From: Mobula hypostoma
Taxonomy: Eukaryota
Direction of reading: 5' to 3'
Length of the DNA: 64,000 nt
Assembly (NCBI RefSeq): GCF_963921235.1
Contig: NC_086115.1
Location: forward strand, 17,422,001 to 17,486,000
A program made the translations under genes and the position numbers. The notes under the pieces are model-generated. The model did no database searches. It saw only the letters and a list, made by a program, of their open reading frames with translations, and was not told the DNA's origin. Positions 1 through 12,600 of the stretch are shown piece after piece (position 1 is the stretch's first letter; each line of letters begins with the position of its first letter).

Positions 1-3000
1 AAGGTGTCTGCATAACTCACTGGGTGCGGGGGGGGTTTGAACAGTGTCTGTATAACACACTGGGTGTGAGGAGGGTTGAATGGTGTCTGTATAACTCACT
101 TTGTGTGTGGGGGGGTGGAATGTTGTCTGTATAACTCACTGTGTGGGGGGGTCGAATGGTGTCAGTATAACTCAGTGTGTGGGGGGGTGGAATGGTGTCT
201 GTATGACTCACTGTGTGGGGGCTGGAATGGTGTCTGTATAACTCACTGTGTGTGGGGGGTGGAATGGTGTCTGTATAACTCACTGTGTGTGTGGAAGTGG
301 AATGGTGTCTATATAACTCACTGTGTGGCGGATGGAATGGTGTCTGTATAACTCACTGTGTGTGGGGGGTGGAATGGTGTCTGTATAACTCACTGTGTGT
401 GTGGAAGTGGAATGGTGTCTATATAACTCACTGTGTGTGGGGTGTGGAATCGTGTCTCTCTAACTCACTGCGTGTGGGTGTCGGTGTGGAAAGGTGTCTG
501 CATAACTCACTGGGTGCGGGGGGGGCGCGTTGAACAGTGTCTGTATAACACACTGGGTGTGAGGAGGGTTGAATTGTGTCTGTATAACTCACTGTGTGTT
601 TGTGGGAGGGGTGTAATGGTGTCTGTATAAATCACGGTGTTTGTTGGGGTGGAATTGTGTCTGCATAACTCATTGTGTGTGGGGGGGCTGAACAGTGTCT
701 GTATAACTCACTGTGTGTGGGGGTGGAATTGTGTCTGTATAACTCACTATGTGTGGGGGCGTGAAATGGTGTCTGTATAACTCACTATGTGTGGGGGGGG
801 TGGAACGGTGTCTGTATAACTCACTGTGTGTGTGGGGTGGAATGGTGTCTGTATAAATCACTGTGTCTGGGGGGGTTGGAATGGTGTCTGTATAAATCAC
901 TGTGTGTGGGGTGGGTGGAATGGTGTCTCTATAACTCACAGTGTGTGGGGGGTTGGAATGGTGTCTCTAACTCACTGTGTGTCGGGGTTGGTGTGGACTG
1001 GTGTCTGTATACCTCACTATGTGTGTGTGGGAGGGGTGGAATGGTGTCTGTATGAATAACTGTGTGTGGGGGGGTGGAATGGTGTCTGTATAACTCACTG
1101 TGTAGGGGGTTGGAATGGTGTCTGTATAAATCACTGTGTGTCTGGGGGGGTGGAATAGTGTCTGTATAACTCATTGTGTGGGGAGGTCGAATGGTGTCAG
1201 TATAACTCAGTGTGGGGAGGTGGAATGTCGTCTGTATAACTCACTCTTTTGGGGGGGATGAATGGTGTCTGTATAACTCAGTGTGTGTGTGGGGGGGAGG
1301 GTTGAATAGTACCTGTAAAACTCACTGTCTTTCTGTGGGGGGTAGAATGGTGTCTGTATGACTCACTGTGTGGGGGGGGGGTGGAATGGTGTCTATATAA
1401 CTCACTGTGTGGGGGATGGAATGGTGTCTGTATAACTCACTGTGTGGGGTGGGGTGGAATGGTGTCTGTATAACTCACTGTGTGTGGGGGGTGGAATGGT
1501 GTCTGTATAAATCACTGTGTTAGTTGGGGGGTGGAATGGTGTCTGTATAACTCACTGTGTGGGGGGGGAATGGTGACTGTTTCACTCAGTGTGTGGGGGG
1601 GTGGAATGGTGTCTGTAGAACTCACTCTGTGTGCAGCAGGGGTGGAATGGTGTCTGTATAACTCACTGTGTGTGGGGGGTGGTGGAATGGTGTCTGTATA
1701 AATAACTGTGTCTGGGGGGGTGGAATGGTGTCTGTATAACTCACTGTGTGTGGGGGGTGGTGGAATGGTGTCTGTATAAATAACTGTGTGTGGGGGTGCG
1801 GAATGGTGTCTATGTAACTCACCGTGCGTGGGGGGTGGTGGAATGGTGTCTGTATAAATCACTGTGTGTGTGGGGGGGGTGGAATGGGGTCTGTATAACT
1901 CACTGTGTGTCTGTGGGAGGGGTGGAATGGTGTCTGTATAACTCACTGTGAGTGGGGGTTGAATGGTGTTTATAACTCACTGTGTGTTGGGCGGTGCAAT
2001 GGTGTCTCTCGAACTCACTGTGTGTGGGTGTCGGTGTGGAAAGGTGTCTGCATAACTCACTGGGTGCGGGGGGGGAGTTTGAACAGTGTCTGTATAACAC
2101 ACTGGGTGTGAGGAGGGTTGAATGGTGTCTGTATAACTCACTTTGTGTGTGGGGGGGTGGAATGTCTGTAGAACTCACTATGTGTGGGAGGGGTGGAATA
2201 GTGTCTGTATAAATCGTGTTTGGGGTGCGGTATGGTGTCTGTAAAACGCACTATGTGGGTGGGGTTGTTGAATGGTGTCTGTATGAATAACTGTGTATGG
2301 GGGGGTGGAATGGTGTCTGTATAAATCACTGTGTCTGGGGGGGTGGAATAGTGTCTGTATAACTCAGTGTGTGTGTGGGGGGGGTTAAAAAGTACCTGTA
2401 AAACTCACTGTCTTTCTGTGGGGGGTAGAATGGTGTCTGTATAAATCACTGTGTCTGGGGGGGTGGAATGGTGTCTGTATAAATCACTGTGTGTGTGGGG
2501 GGGTGGAATGGGGTCTGTATAAATCACTGTGTGTCTGTGGGAGGGGTGGAATGGTGTCTCTCTAACTCACTGTGTGTGGGGGGGTGGAATAGTGTCTGTA
2601 AAACTCACTGTGTGTGGGGGTTGAATGGTGTTTATAACTCACTGTGAGTGGGGGTTGAATGGTGTTTATAACTCACTGTGTGTTGCGGGGTGCAATGGTG
2701 TCTCTCTAACTCTGTGTGTGGGGGTCGGTGTGGAAAGGTGTCTGCATAACTCACTGGGTGCAGGGGGGTGTTGAACAGTGTCTGTATAACACACTGGGTG
2801 TGAGGAGGGTTGAATGTTGTCTGTAGAACTCACTGTGTGGGAGGGGTGGAATAGTGTCTGTATAAATCGTGTTTGGGGTGCGGTATGGTGTCTGTAAAAC
2901 GCACTGTATGTGGGTGGGGTTGTTGAATGGTGTCTGTATAACTCACTGTGTGTGGGGGGTTGGAATGGTGTCTGTATAAATCACTGTGTCTGGGGGGGTG

Positions 3001-6000
3001 GAATAGTGTCTGTATAACTCAGTGTGTGTGTGGGGGGGGGGGGTTGAATAGTACCTGTAAAACTCACTGTCTTTCTGTGGGGGGTAGAATGGTGTCTGTA
3101 TAAATCACTGTGTGTGGGGGGGTGAAATGGTGTCTGTATTACTCACTGTGTGTGTGTGGGGGGTGGAATGGTGTCTGTATAACTCACTGTGTGTGGGGGG
3201 GGTGGAATGGTGTCTGTATAAATCACGGTGTTCGTTGGAGTGGAATTGTGTCTGCATAACTCACTGTGTGTGGGGGGGTTGAACAGTGTCTGTATAACTC
3301 ACTGTGTGTCGGGGGGTTGAACGGTGTCTGTATAACTCACTGTGTGTGGGGGTGTGGAATTGAGTCTGTATAAATGACTGTTTTTGGGGGGGAATGGTGT
3401 CTCTATAACTCACAGTGTGGGTGGGTGCAATGCTGTCTGTATAAATCACTGTGTGTGGCAGGGGTGGAATGGGGTCTGTATAACTCACTGTGTGGGGGGG
3501 TGGAATGGTGACTGTTTCACAGTGTGTCGGGGGGTGGAATTGTGTCTGTAGAACTCACTGTGCTTGTGGGGGGGGGAATGGTGTCTGTATAAATCACTCT
3601 GTGTGGGGGGGTGGAATGGTGTCTGTATATCTCACTATGTGTGTGTGGGAGGGGTGGAATGGTGTCTGTATAAATCGAGGTGTTTTGGGTGTGGAATGGT
3701 GTCTGTATAACTCACTGTGTGTGGGGTACTGGAATGGTGTCTGTATAACTAACTGTGTGTGGGGGGTGTAATGGTGTCTGTATAACTCAGTATGTGTGTG
3801 GGTGTGGAATGGTGTCTGTATAACTCACTGTGTGTGGGGGTGGAATAGTGTCTGTATAACTCACAGTGTGTGGAGGGGTGGATTGGTGTCTCTCTAACTC
3901 ACTGTGTGTCGGGGTTGGTGTGGACTGGTGTCTGTATAAATCACTGTGTGTGTGGGAGGGGTGGAATGGTGTCTGTATAACTCACTGTGTGTGGGGGGGG
4001 TGGAATGGTGTCTGTATAACTCACTGTGTGCGTGGGAGGGGTGGAATGATGTCTGTATAAATCACGGTGTTTGTTAGGTTGGAATTGTGTCTGCATAACT
4101 CACTGTGTGGGGGGGTGGAATGGCGTCTGTATAACTCACTGTGTGTGGGGTGGTTGGAATGGTGTCTGTATAACTCACTATGTGGGGGGGGTGGAATAGT
4201 GTCTGTAAAACTCACTGTGTGTGGGGGGCTGGAATGGTGTCTGTATAACTCACTGTGTGGGGGGTGTGGAATGTTGTCTGTATAACTCACTCTGTCGTGG
4301 GGGATGAATGGTGTCTGTATAACTCAGTATGTGTGTGTTTGGGGGGGGTGTTGAACAGTACCTGTAAAACTCACTGTCTTTCTGTGGGGGGGTGGAATAG
4401 TGTCTGTAAAACTCACTGTGTGTGGGGGCTGGAATGGTGTCTGTATAACTCACTGTGTGGGGGGTGTGGAATGTTGTCTGTATAACTCTGTCGTGGGGGA
4501 TGAATGGTGTCTGTATAACTCAGTGTGTGTGTGTGTGGGGGGGGGTTGAACAGTACCTGTAAAACTCACTGTCTTTCTGTGGGGGGTAGAATGGTGTCTG
4601 TATAAATCACTGTGTGTGGGGGGGTGGAATGGTGTCTGTATAACTCACTGTGTGTGGGGGGGTTGGTTGAATAATGTCTATATAACTCAGTGTGAGTGGT
4701 GGATGGAATTGTGTCTCTAGGAATCACTGTGTCTGGGGAGGTGGAATAGAGTCTGTATAACTCACTGTGTGTGTGTGGGAGGGGTGGAATGGTGTCTGTA
4801 TAAATCGTGGTGTTTTGGGTGTGGAATGCTGTCAGTATAATGCACTGTATGGGGGGGGGTTGAATGGTGTCTGTATAACTCACTGTGTGTGGGGGGGCGG
4901 AATGGTGTCTGTATAACTCACTGTGTGTGGGGGGGCGGAATGGTGTCTGTATAACTCACTGTGTGTGGGGGGGTTGGAATGGTGTCTGTATAACTCACTA
5001 TGTGGGGGGTGGAATGGTGTCTGTATATCTCACTGTGTGTGGGGGGGTTGGAATGGTGTCTGTATAACTCACTATGTGGGGGGGTGGAATGGTGTCTGTA
5101 TAAATCACGGTGTTTGTTGGGGTGGAATTGTGTCTGCATAACCCACTGTGTGTGGGGGGGTTGAACAGTGTCTGTATAACTCACTGTGTGTCGGGGGGTT
5201 GAACGGTGTCTGTATAACTCACTGTGTGTGGGGGTGGAATGGTGTCTGTATAACTCACTGTGTGTGGCGATGTGGAATGGTGTCTGTATAAATCACTGTG
5301 TGGGGGGTGGAATTGAGTCTGTACAACTCACTGTGTGGGGGGGTGGAATGGTGTCTGTATAACTCACTGTGTGTGGGAGCGTGAAATGGTGTCTGTGTAA
5401 CTCTGTGTGTGGGGGTGTGGAATTGAGTCTGTATAAATTACTGTTTTTGGGGGGGAATGGTGTCTCTATAACTCACTGTGTGTGGGGGTGTGGAATGGTG
5501 TCTCTATAAATCACTGTGTGTGGGGTGTGGAATGGTGTCTGTATAACTCAGTGTGTGGGTGGGGTGGAATGGTGTCTGTATAACTCACTGTGTGTGGGGG
5601 GTGTGGAATGGTGTCTGTATAACTCACTGTGTGGGGGTGTGGAATGGTGTCTGTATAACTCACTGTATTTGTCGGGGGGTGGAATGGTGTCTGTATAACT
5701 CACTGTGTGTGTGGGGGTGGAATGGTGTCTGTATAACTCACTGTGTGGGGGTGTGGAATGGTGCCTGTATAACTCACTGTGTGTGTGGGGGTGGATTGGT
5801 GTCTGTATAACTCTCTGTGTCGGGGGGGTGGGTGGAATGGTGTCTGTATAACTCACTGTGTGTGTGGGGGTGTGGAATGGTGTCTGTATAACTGACTGTG
5901 TGTGTGTGGGGGTGGATTGGTGTCTGTATAACTCTCTGTGTCGGGGGGGTGGAATGGTGTCTGTATAACTCACTGTGTGTGTGGGGGGGGGGTGGAATGG

Positions 6001-6025
6001 TGTCTGTATAACTCACTGTGTGTGA
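1..6025. repeat. Tandem satellite/minisatellite array, ~38-43 bp unit (core GGAATGGTGTCTGTATAACTCACTGTG plus variable (TG)n/Gn linker), roughly 150 units, intronic to the lipase gene; continues past the left edge
   Basis: Directly visible tandem repetition from base 1 to ~6025; all ORFs here are repeat translations. Confidence 0.97.
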
Positions 6026-6558
6026 GGGAACGATGCCCTCTGGAACTCGCAGATTGTCACAGCCGGTATTGAAGTATTGTGTCCATTATCCGTGAACACA
6101 ACTGGGTGTGTTAGAGGAGAGAGAGTCCTTTGTGAACATCACAATGCGGTCGAGGTGTTCCTGTGGAAATCACAGAGGCTGATGCCAAGTGCCAGGGTCC
6201 ACAGGGGCAATATGGACTGTAAGGCAGGACCTGACATTCTGAAAGTGGTATTTGTTGCACAGACAGTTCTCTGTCTTTGCGCGGGAATTTGATGGGCACA
6301 TGAGGGTGAATCATTTTCGTAGCATCTGGGGAATGGCTCTAGACTAGATGGGCTGACTGGCCTGAACAATTCTTGTGGACGTGCGGCATGTTCTGGAAAT
6401 GAAACTTGCACTGTTCCTGGTGCACTGGTCTTAAGACGTTAGTGGAGAGCTCCTGTATTCACGTTCCTCCCCAACACAGCGGGAGGGTGTCCTTTTAAGG
6501 GGCAGCCTGTGGCCCCCACCACAGTATCTGAGTGACACCCACATGTCCTGTCGTGTAC

Positions 6559-6678
6559 CTTCCCAGATCCCGTCCACATCCAGGATTGTTGAAATGAGAT
6601 TCTTCGAGCAGCCCGGCATGTTGTCCCCACCATTTGGGTAGAAGTCCACGTGACCACAAGGATAGATGATTCCAAACC
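6559..6678 (-). CDS. Lipase coding exon 7 ([41 protein letters not shown], lid region)
   Basis: 120 nt, cag|GG...GAAG|gt; matches the pancreatic lipase lid exon. Confidence 0.93.
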
Positions 6679-9600
6679 CTGCGACAGAAGCAGCGAATCA
6701 GACAGGCCAACCCCCCTCCCTCATTCCGCTAAATCCACCGCAGGGAGAGGCCAGTGCCCACTGGCCGCTCCGCTCGTCTTTGATATGGATCTCTCTTCTC
6801 TCACTACTCACCTCCCACTGATCCCTGTTATCAAATCTCCCCCCTTTCTCATTCATTCACTGTTTCAATCACCTTTCTTCATCTCTGACACCCTCGCACT
6901 CCCCCATGCTCTTTCTCTCCCACCCTCCATTGCGCACCCTGTCTCTCCCTCCCTCTTGGCATCTTTCCCCTTTATCCCCTGGGTTCTACCCCCACCCGGT
7001 ACCAGTTTCACCACTCCTGACTCTGTCCCGTCTGTGTTCTAGATCCCCGGCTGAGCCTGTTGCCGACCCAGTGCCTATGAGCCCCCGCGGTGTGAGGCTG
7101 TTTTGGCGAGGACATCCACCTTTGCTGGGGTACTTCAAGGAACCATCGGTGTGAATCACATCAACGAACAGTGCATCAGTGGGATCCAACCTCACCTCGA
7201 GAGGGGTGTTCTGGAAGTACGGGGCAACGGGATCGAGGCCTGCGGAGTAATCATGAATCAGTGTGATGTCCTCAGCTTCCTGTTATGATCTAATCCTGGC
7301 TGTTACCCACAGCCATTGCCATGAACCTCAAACTATATCGAAGAGGGCTATTCAGCCCACTGATACTATGGCAAATCATTGAGCAAACCCATTCATTTCC
7401 CTATAACCTAGCCTACCCACATTCCCATCAGTCCCTCCGACTCTCCGCACCCATACATCAGGAGCATTTTACAGCAGGTGATTAACTCCCTTACCCACAT
7501 GGTACTTGGTATGTGGGTGGAAAGTGGGGCACTTCAGGAGAGCATGCAGACTCCACACAGACAGTACTGGAGGTCAGGATTGAATCCATATCATGGGAAC
7601 TCTGTGTGTCCGCTCACTGTGCAGTCTTTCCCCATTAATATCAAACAAACCTGCAATCCTCTCTGTAAACAGTCCCAGTGAATTCCCCCCCTCCCCCCAT
7701 TTCACCATCAGCCCTTCCTCCCAGCCTCCCATCCCAACACCAACCATCCCGAATCCAGGCCTGAGGAGAGAACATTACCTGTAATCCGGGATATCCCCGG
7801 CTTCCTGCGTCCTGCCTCACCAGCGGCGTGGGCACCCAGTCCGTGCCCCACCAGGTATACATCTGGCAAGGTGTAATTGTAGTTGCTCTGGGATGCACAA
7901 AGACAAAGAGGATGGTGAGCTGACACACCTCTACTTCAGCACCCTAACTGGGAGCCCGAGCCCACCCCAATCTCTCTGTGAACTCCTTATGTGGCACGGT
8001 AGCGTAATGGTTAACATAACCATTACGCCGTAATGCTTTCCAGTGGCTCAAGAGGAATCTACAGAGATCCTCTTGTTTGGGGTTCAAACCCCACCACTTT
8101 CTGTCAGGAGTTTGTACCTTCTCCCTATGACCACATGGAGTTTTCTCTTGGAGCTTCAGTTTCCTCCCACCTTCCTAAAGTGTGCAAGTTAAAGTTAGTA
8201 AATTGTGGGCTTGCTATGTCGTGCCCAAAGATTGGCTACTCTTGCGGGCTGCCCCCAGCACGTCCCTGGTCTGTGTTGGTCGTTGACACAAACGACACAT
8301 TTCACTGTATGAATCAATATATATGTCGTAGTCATAGTCATAGTCATGCTTTATTGATCCCGGGCGAAAATGGTTTTCATTACAATTGCATCATAAATAA
8401 TAAATAGTAATAGAACCATAAATAGTTAAATAGTAATATGTAAATTATGCTAGTAAATTATGAAATAAGTCCAGGACCAGCCTATTGATTCAGGATGTCT
8501 GACCCTCCAAGGGAGGAGTTGTAAAGTTTGATGGCCACAGGCAGGAATGACTTCCTATGACACTCTGTGTTGCATCTCGGTGGAATAAGTCTCTGGCTGA
8601 ATGTACTCCTGTGCCCACCCAGTACATTATGTAGCGGATGGGAGACGTTGTCCAAGATGGCATGCAACTTAGACAGCATCGTCTTTTCTGACACCACCGT
8701 CAGAGAGTCCAGTTCCATCCCCACAACATCATTGGCCTTACGAATGAGTTTGTAATGAATAAAACAGATGTTTAACCTCTGTTCTTCCGGCCATCATGCT
8801 AAACAGCAAAGCCGTGCTCTGTGTGGAAATCCAACTTGCAGAAAATTGGGGTGGAGGAATAACGGGAAGCGACCTGCCGAAGGCCTCAGTAGAATAACCA
8901 GGGGGAGTGAAATGCAGATTATCAGTCTGATTACATTTCGACAGCGTGTCCTCAGTTCCCTTGTTTGGTTAAGAAGGACTGGTCATTGACCTGCTCCTCC
9001 TCGGTTGTTACATCTAATGAGATAATTATCCAACGAACAATTAACAATGGTTTATAGCAGATTTTTCCTGTCCTACCACAGTCCACACCCTGTTCTACAG
9101 AGAACTTAAAAAATAAAATCAATCCTTAAAGTAATCACAAAGAAGGCACACCAGCAGCTCTATTTTGTTAAGAGTCTTAGGAGATTTGGTATGTCACCAA
9201 ATCCCTTGCAAATTTCTATCGATGTATTGTGGAGAGCATTTTGATTCTACTTGGAGTGTGCATTTCCAGATAAAGTCCATGACAACTGAGGCATACTCAT
9301 CGAGGTTAGCAAGTGGAACAGGTCAAAAGCTTTAAGTTTCTCGGGGTCAATATCACAAACGACCTGACTTGGTCCAACCAAGCAGAGTCCACTGCCAAGA
9401 AGGCCCACCAGCGCCTTTACTTCCTGAGAAAGCTAAAGAAATTTGGCCTGTCCCCTAAAAACGTCACTAATTTTTATAGATGCACTGTAGAAAGCATTCT
9501 TCTAGGGTGCATCACAACCTGGTATGGAAGTTGTCCTGTCCAAGACCGGAAGAAGCTGCAGAAGATCGTGAACACAGCCCAGCACATCACACAAACAGAT

Positions 9601-12600
9601 TGTTATTAATGATTATGATATAGTTGGGATCACAGAGACATGGCTCCAGGATGACCAAGGATGGGAGCTCAACGTTCAGGGATATTCAATATTCGGGAGG
9701 GATAGACATGAAAGAAAAGGAGGTGGGGTGGCGTTGCTGGTTAAAGATGAGATTAATGCAATAGAAAGGAAGGACATAAGCTGGGAAGATGTGGAATCGA
9801 TATGGGTAGAGCTGCATAACACTAAGGGGCAGAAAACGCTGGTGGGAGATGTGTACAGGCCACCTAACAGTGGTAGTGAGGTCGGAGATGGTATTAAACA
9901 GGAAATTAGAAATGTGTGCAATAAAGGAACAGCAGTTATAATGGGTGACTTCAATCTACATGTAGATTGGGTGAACCAAATTCGTAAAGGTGCTGAGGAA
10001 GAGGATTTCTTGGAATGTATGCGGGATGGTTTTTTGAACCAACATGTCGAGGAACCAACTAGAGAGCAGGCTATTCTAGACTGGGTTTTAAGCAATGAGG
10101 AAGGGTTAATTTGCAGTCTTGTCGTGAGAGGCCCCTTGGGTAAGAGTGACCATAATAAGGTGGAATTCTTCATTAAAATGGAGAGTGACATAGTTAATTC
10201 AGAAACAAAGATTCTGAACTTAAAGAGGGGTGACTTTGAAGGTATGAGATGTGAATTGGCTAAGATAGACTGGCAAATGACACTTAAAGGATTGACAGTG
10301 GATATGCAATGGCAAGCATTTAAAGATTGCATGGATGAACTACAACAATTGTTCATCCCAGTTTGGCAAAAGAATAAATCAAGGAAGGTAGTGCACCTGT
10401 GGCTGACAAGAGAAATTAGGGATAGTATCAATTCCAAAGAAGAAGCATACAAATTAGCCAGAGAAAGTGTCTCACCTGAGGACTGGGAGAAATTCAGAGT
10501 TCAGCAGAGGAGGACAAAGGGCTTAATTAGGAAGGGGAAAAAAGATTATGAGAGAAAACTGGCAGGGAACATAAAAACTGACTGTAAAAGCTTTTATAGA
10601 TATGTGAAAAGGAAAAGACTGGTAAAAACAAATGTAGGTCCCCTGCAGACAGAAACAGGTGAATTGATTATGGGGAGCAAGGACATGGCAGACCAATTGA
10701 ATAATTACTTTGGTTCTGTCTTCACTAAGGAGGACATAAATAATCTTCCAGAAATAGTAGGGGACAGAGGGTCCAGTGAGATGGAGGACCTGAGTGAAAT
10801 ACATGTTAGTAGGGAAGTGGTGTTAGATAAATTGAAGGGATTAAAGGCAGATAAATCCCCAGGGCCAGATGGTCTGCATCCCAGAGTGCTTAAGGAAGTA
10901 GCCCAAGAAATAGTGGATGCATTAGTGATAATTTTTCAAAACTCGTTAGATTCTGGACTAGTTCCTGAGGATTGGAGGGTGGCTAATGTAACCCAACTTT
11001 TTAAAAAAGGAGGGAGAGAGAAACCGGGGAATTATAGACTGGTTAGCCTAACGTCAGTGGTGGGGAAACTGCTGGAGTCAGTTATCAAAGATGTGATAAC
11101 AGCACATTTGGAAAGCGGTGAAATCATCGGACAAAGTCAGCATGGATTTGTGAAAGGAAAATCATGTCTGACGAATCTCATAGAATTTTTTGAGGATGTA
11201 ACTAGCAGAGTGGATAGGGGAGAACCAGTGGATGTGGTATATTTGGATTTTCAAAAGGCTTTTGACAAGGTCCCACACAGGAGATTAGTGTGCAAACTTA
11301 AAGCACACGGTATTGGGGGTAAGGTATTGATGTGGATAGAGAATTGGTTAGCAGACAGGAAGCAAAGAGTGGGAATAAACGGGACCTTTTCAGAATGGCA
11401 GGCAGTGACTAGTGGGGTACCGCAAGGCTCAGTGCTGGGACCCCAGTTGTTTACAATATATATTAATGACTTGGATGAGGGAATTAAATGCAGCATCTCC
11501 AAATTTGCAGATGACACGAAGCTGGGCGGCAGTGTTAGCTGTGAGGAGGATGCTAAGAGGATGCAGGGTGACTTGGATAGGTTGGGTGAGTGGGCAAATT
11601 CATGGCAGATGCAATTTAATGTGGATAAATGTGAAGTTATCCACTTTGGTGGCAAAAATAGGAAAACAGATTATTATCTGAATGGTGGCCAATTAGGAAA
11701 AGGGGAGGTGCAACGAGACCTGGGTGTCATTATGCACCAGTCATTGAAAGTGGGCATGCAGGTACAGCAGGCGGTGAAAAAGGCGAATGGTATGCTGGCA
11801 TTTATAGCGAGAGGATTCGAGTACAGGAGCAGGTAGGTACTACTGCAGTTGTACAAGGCCTTGGTGAGACCACACCTGGAGTATTGTGTGCAGTTTTGGT
11901 CCCCTAATCTGAGGAAAGACATCCTTGTCATAGAGGGAGTACAAAGAAGGTTCACCAGATTGATTCCTGGGATGGCAGGACTTTCATATGAAGAAAGACT
12001 GGATGAACTAGGCTTGTACTCGTTGGAATTTAGAAGATTGAGGGGGGATCTGATTGAAACGTATAAAATTCTAAAGGGATTGGACCGGCTGGATGCAGGA
12101 AGATTGTTCCCGATGTTGGGGAAGTCCAGAATGAGGGGTCACAGTTTGAGGATAAGGGGGAAGCCTTTTAGAACTGAGATTAGGAAAAACTTCTTCACAC
12201 AGAGAGTGGTGAATCTGTGGAATTCTCTGCCACAGGAAACAGTTGAGGCCAGTTCATTGGCTATATTTAAGAGGGAGTTAGATATGGCCCTTGTGGCTAC
12301 GGGGGTCAGGGGGTATGGAGGGAAGGCTGGGGCGGGGTTCTGAGTTGGATGATCAGCCATGATCATAATAAATGGCGGTGCAGGCTCGAAGGGCCGAATG
12401 GCCTACTCCTGCACCTATTTTCTATGTTTCTATGTTTCTAAACCAATCTTCCGTTCATGGACTCACTTTACACCGCATGCCAGGATAATCAAGGACACGA
12501 CCCACGCAGCCAACACACTTTTCGTCCCTCTTCCCTCCGGGAGAAGGTTCAGGAGCTTGAAGACTCGTACGGCCAGATTTGGGAACAGCTTCTTTCCAAC

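Noticed and set aside
1-6025. CRISPR-like look (constant core with variable linkers) and many Cys/Trp- or His/Pro-rich ORFs
   Set aside because: Linkers are low-complexity TG/G runs rather than unique spacers; vertebrate context with no cas genes; ORFs are repeat translations
6030-6558. Possible next lipase exon containing the catalytic His
   Set aside because: No CNHLR-like exon with proper splice sites was found; the read-through GTRQDMW... is intron sequence
9676-11955. Long minus-strand ORFs (258, 134 and 93 aa)
   Set aside because: Antisense shadows of CR1 ORF2
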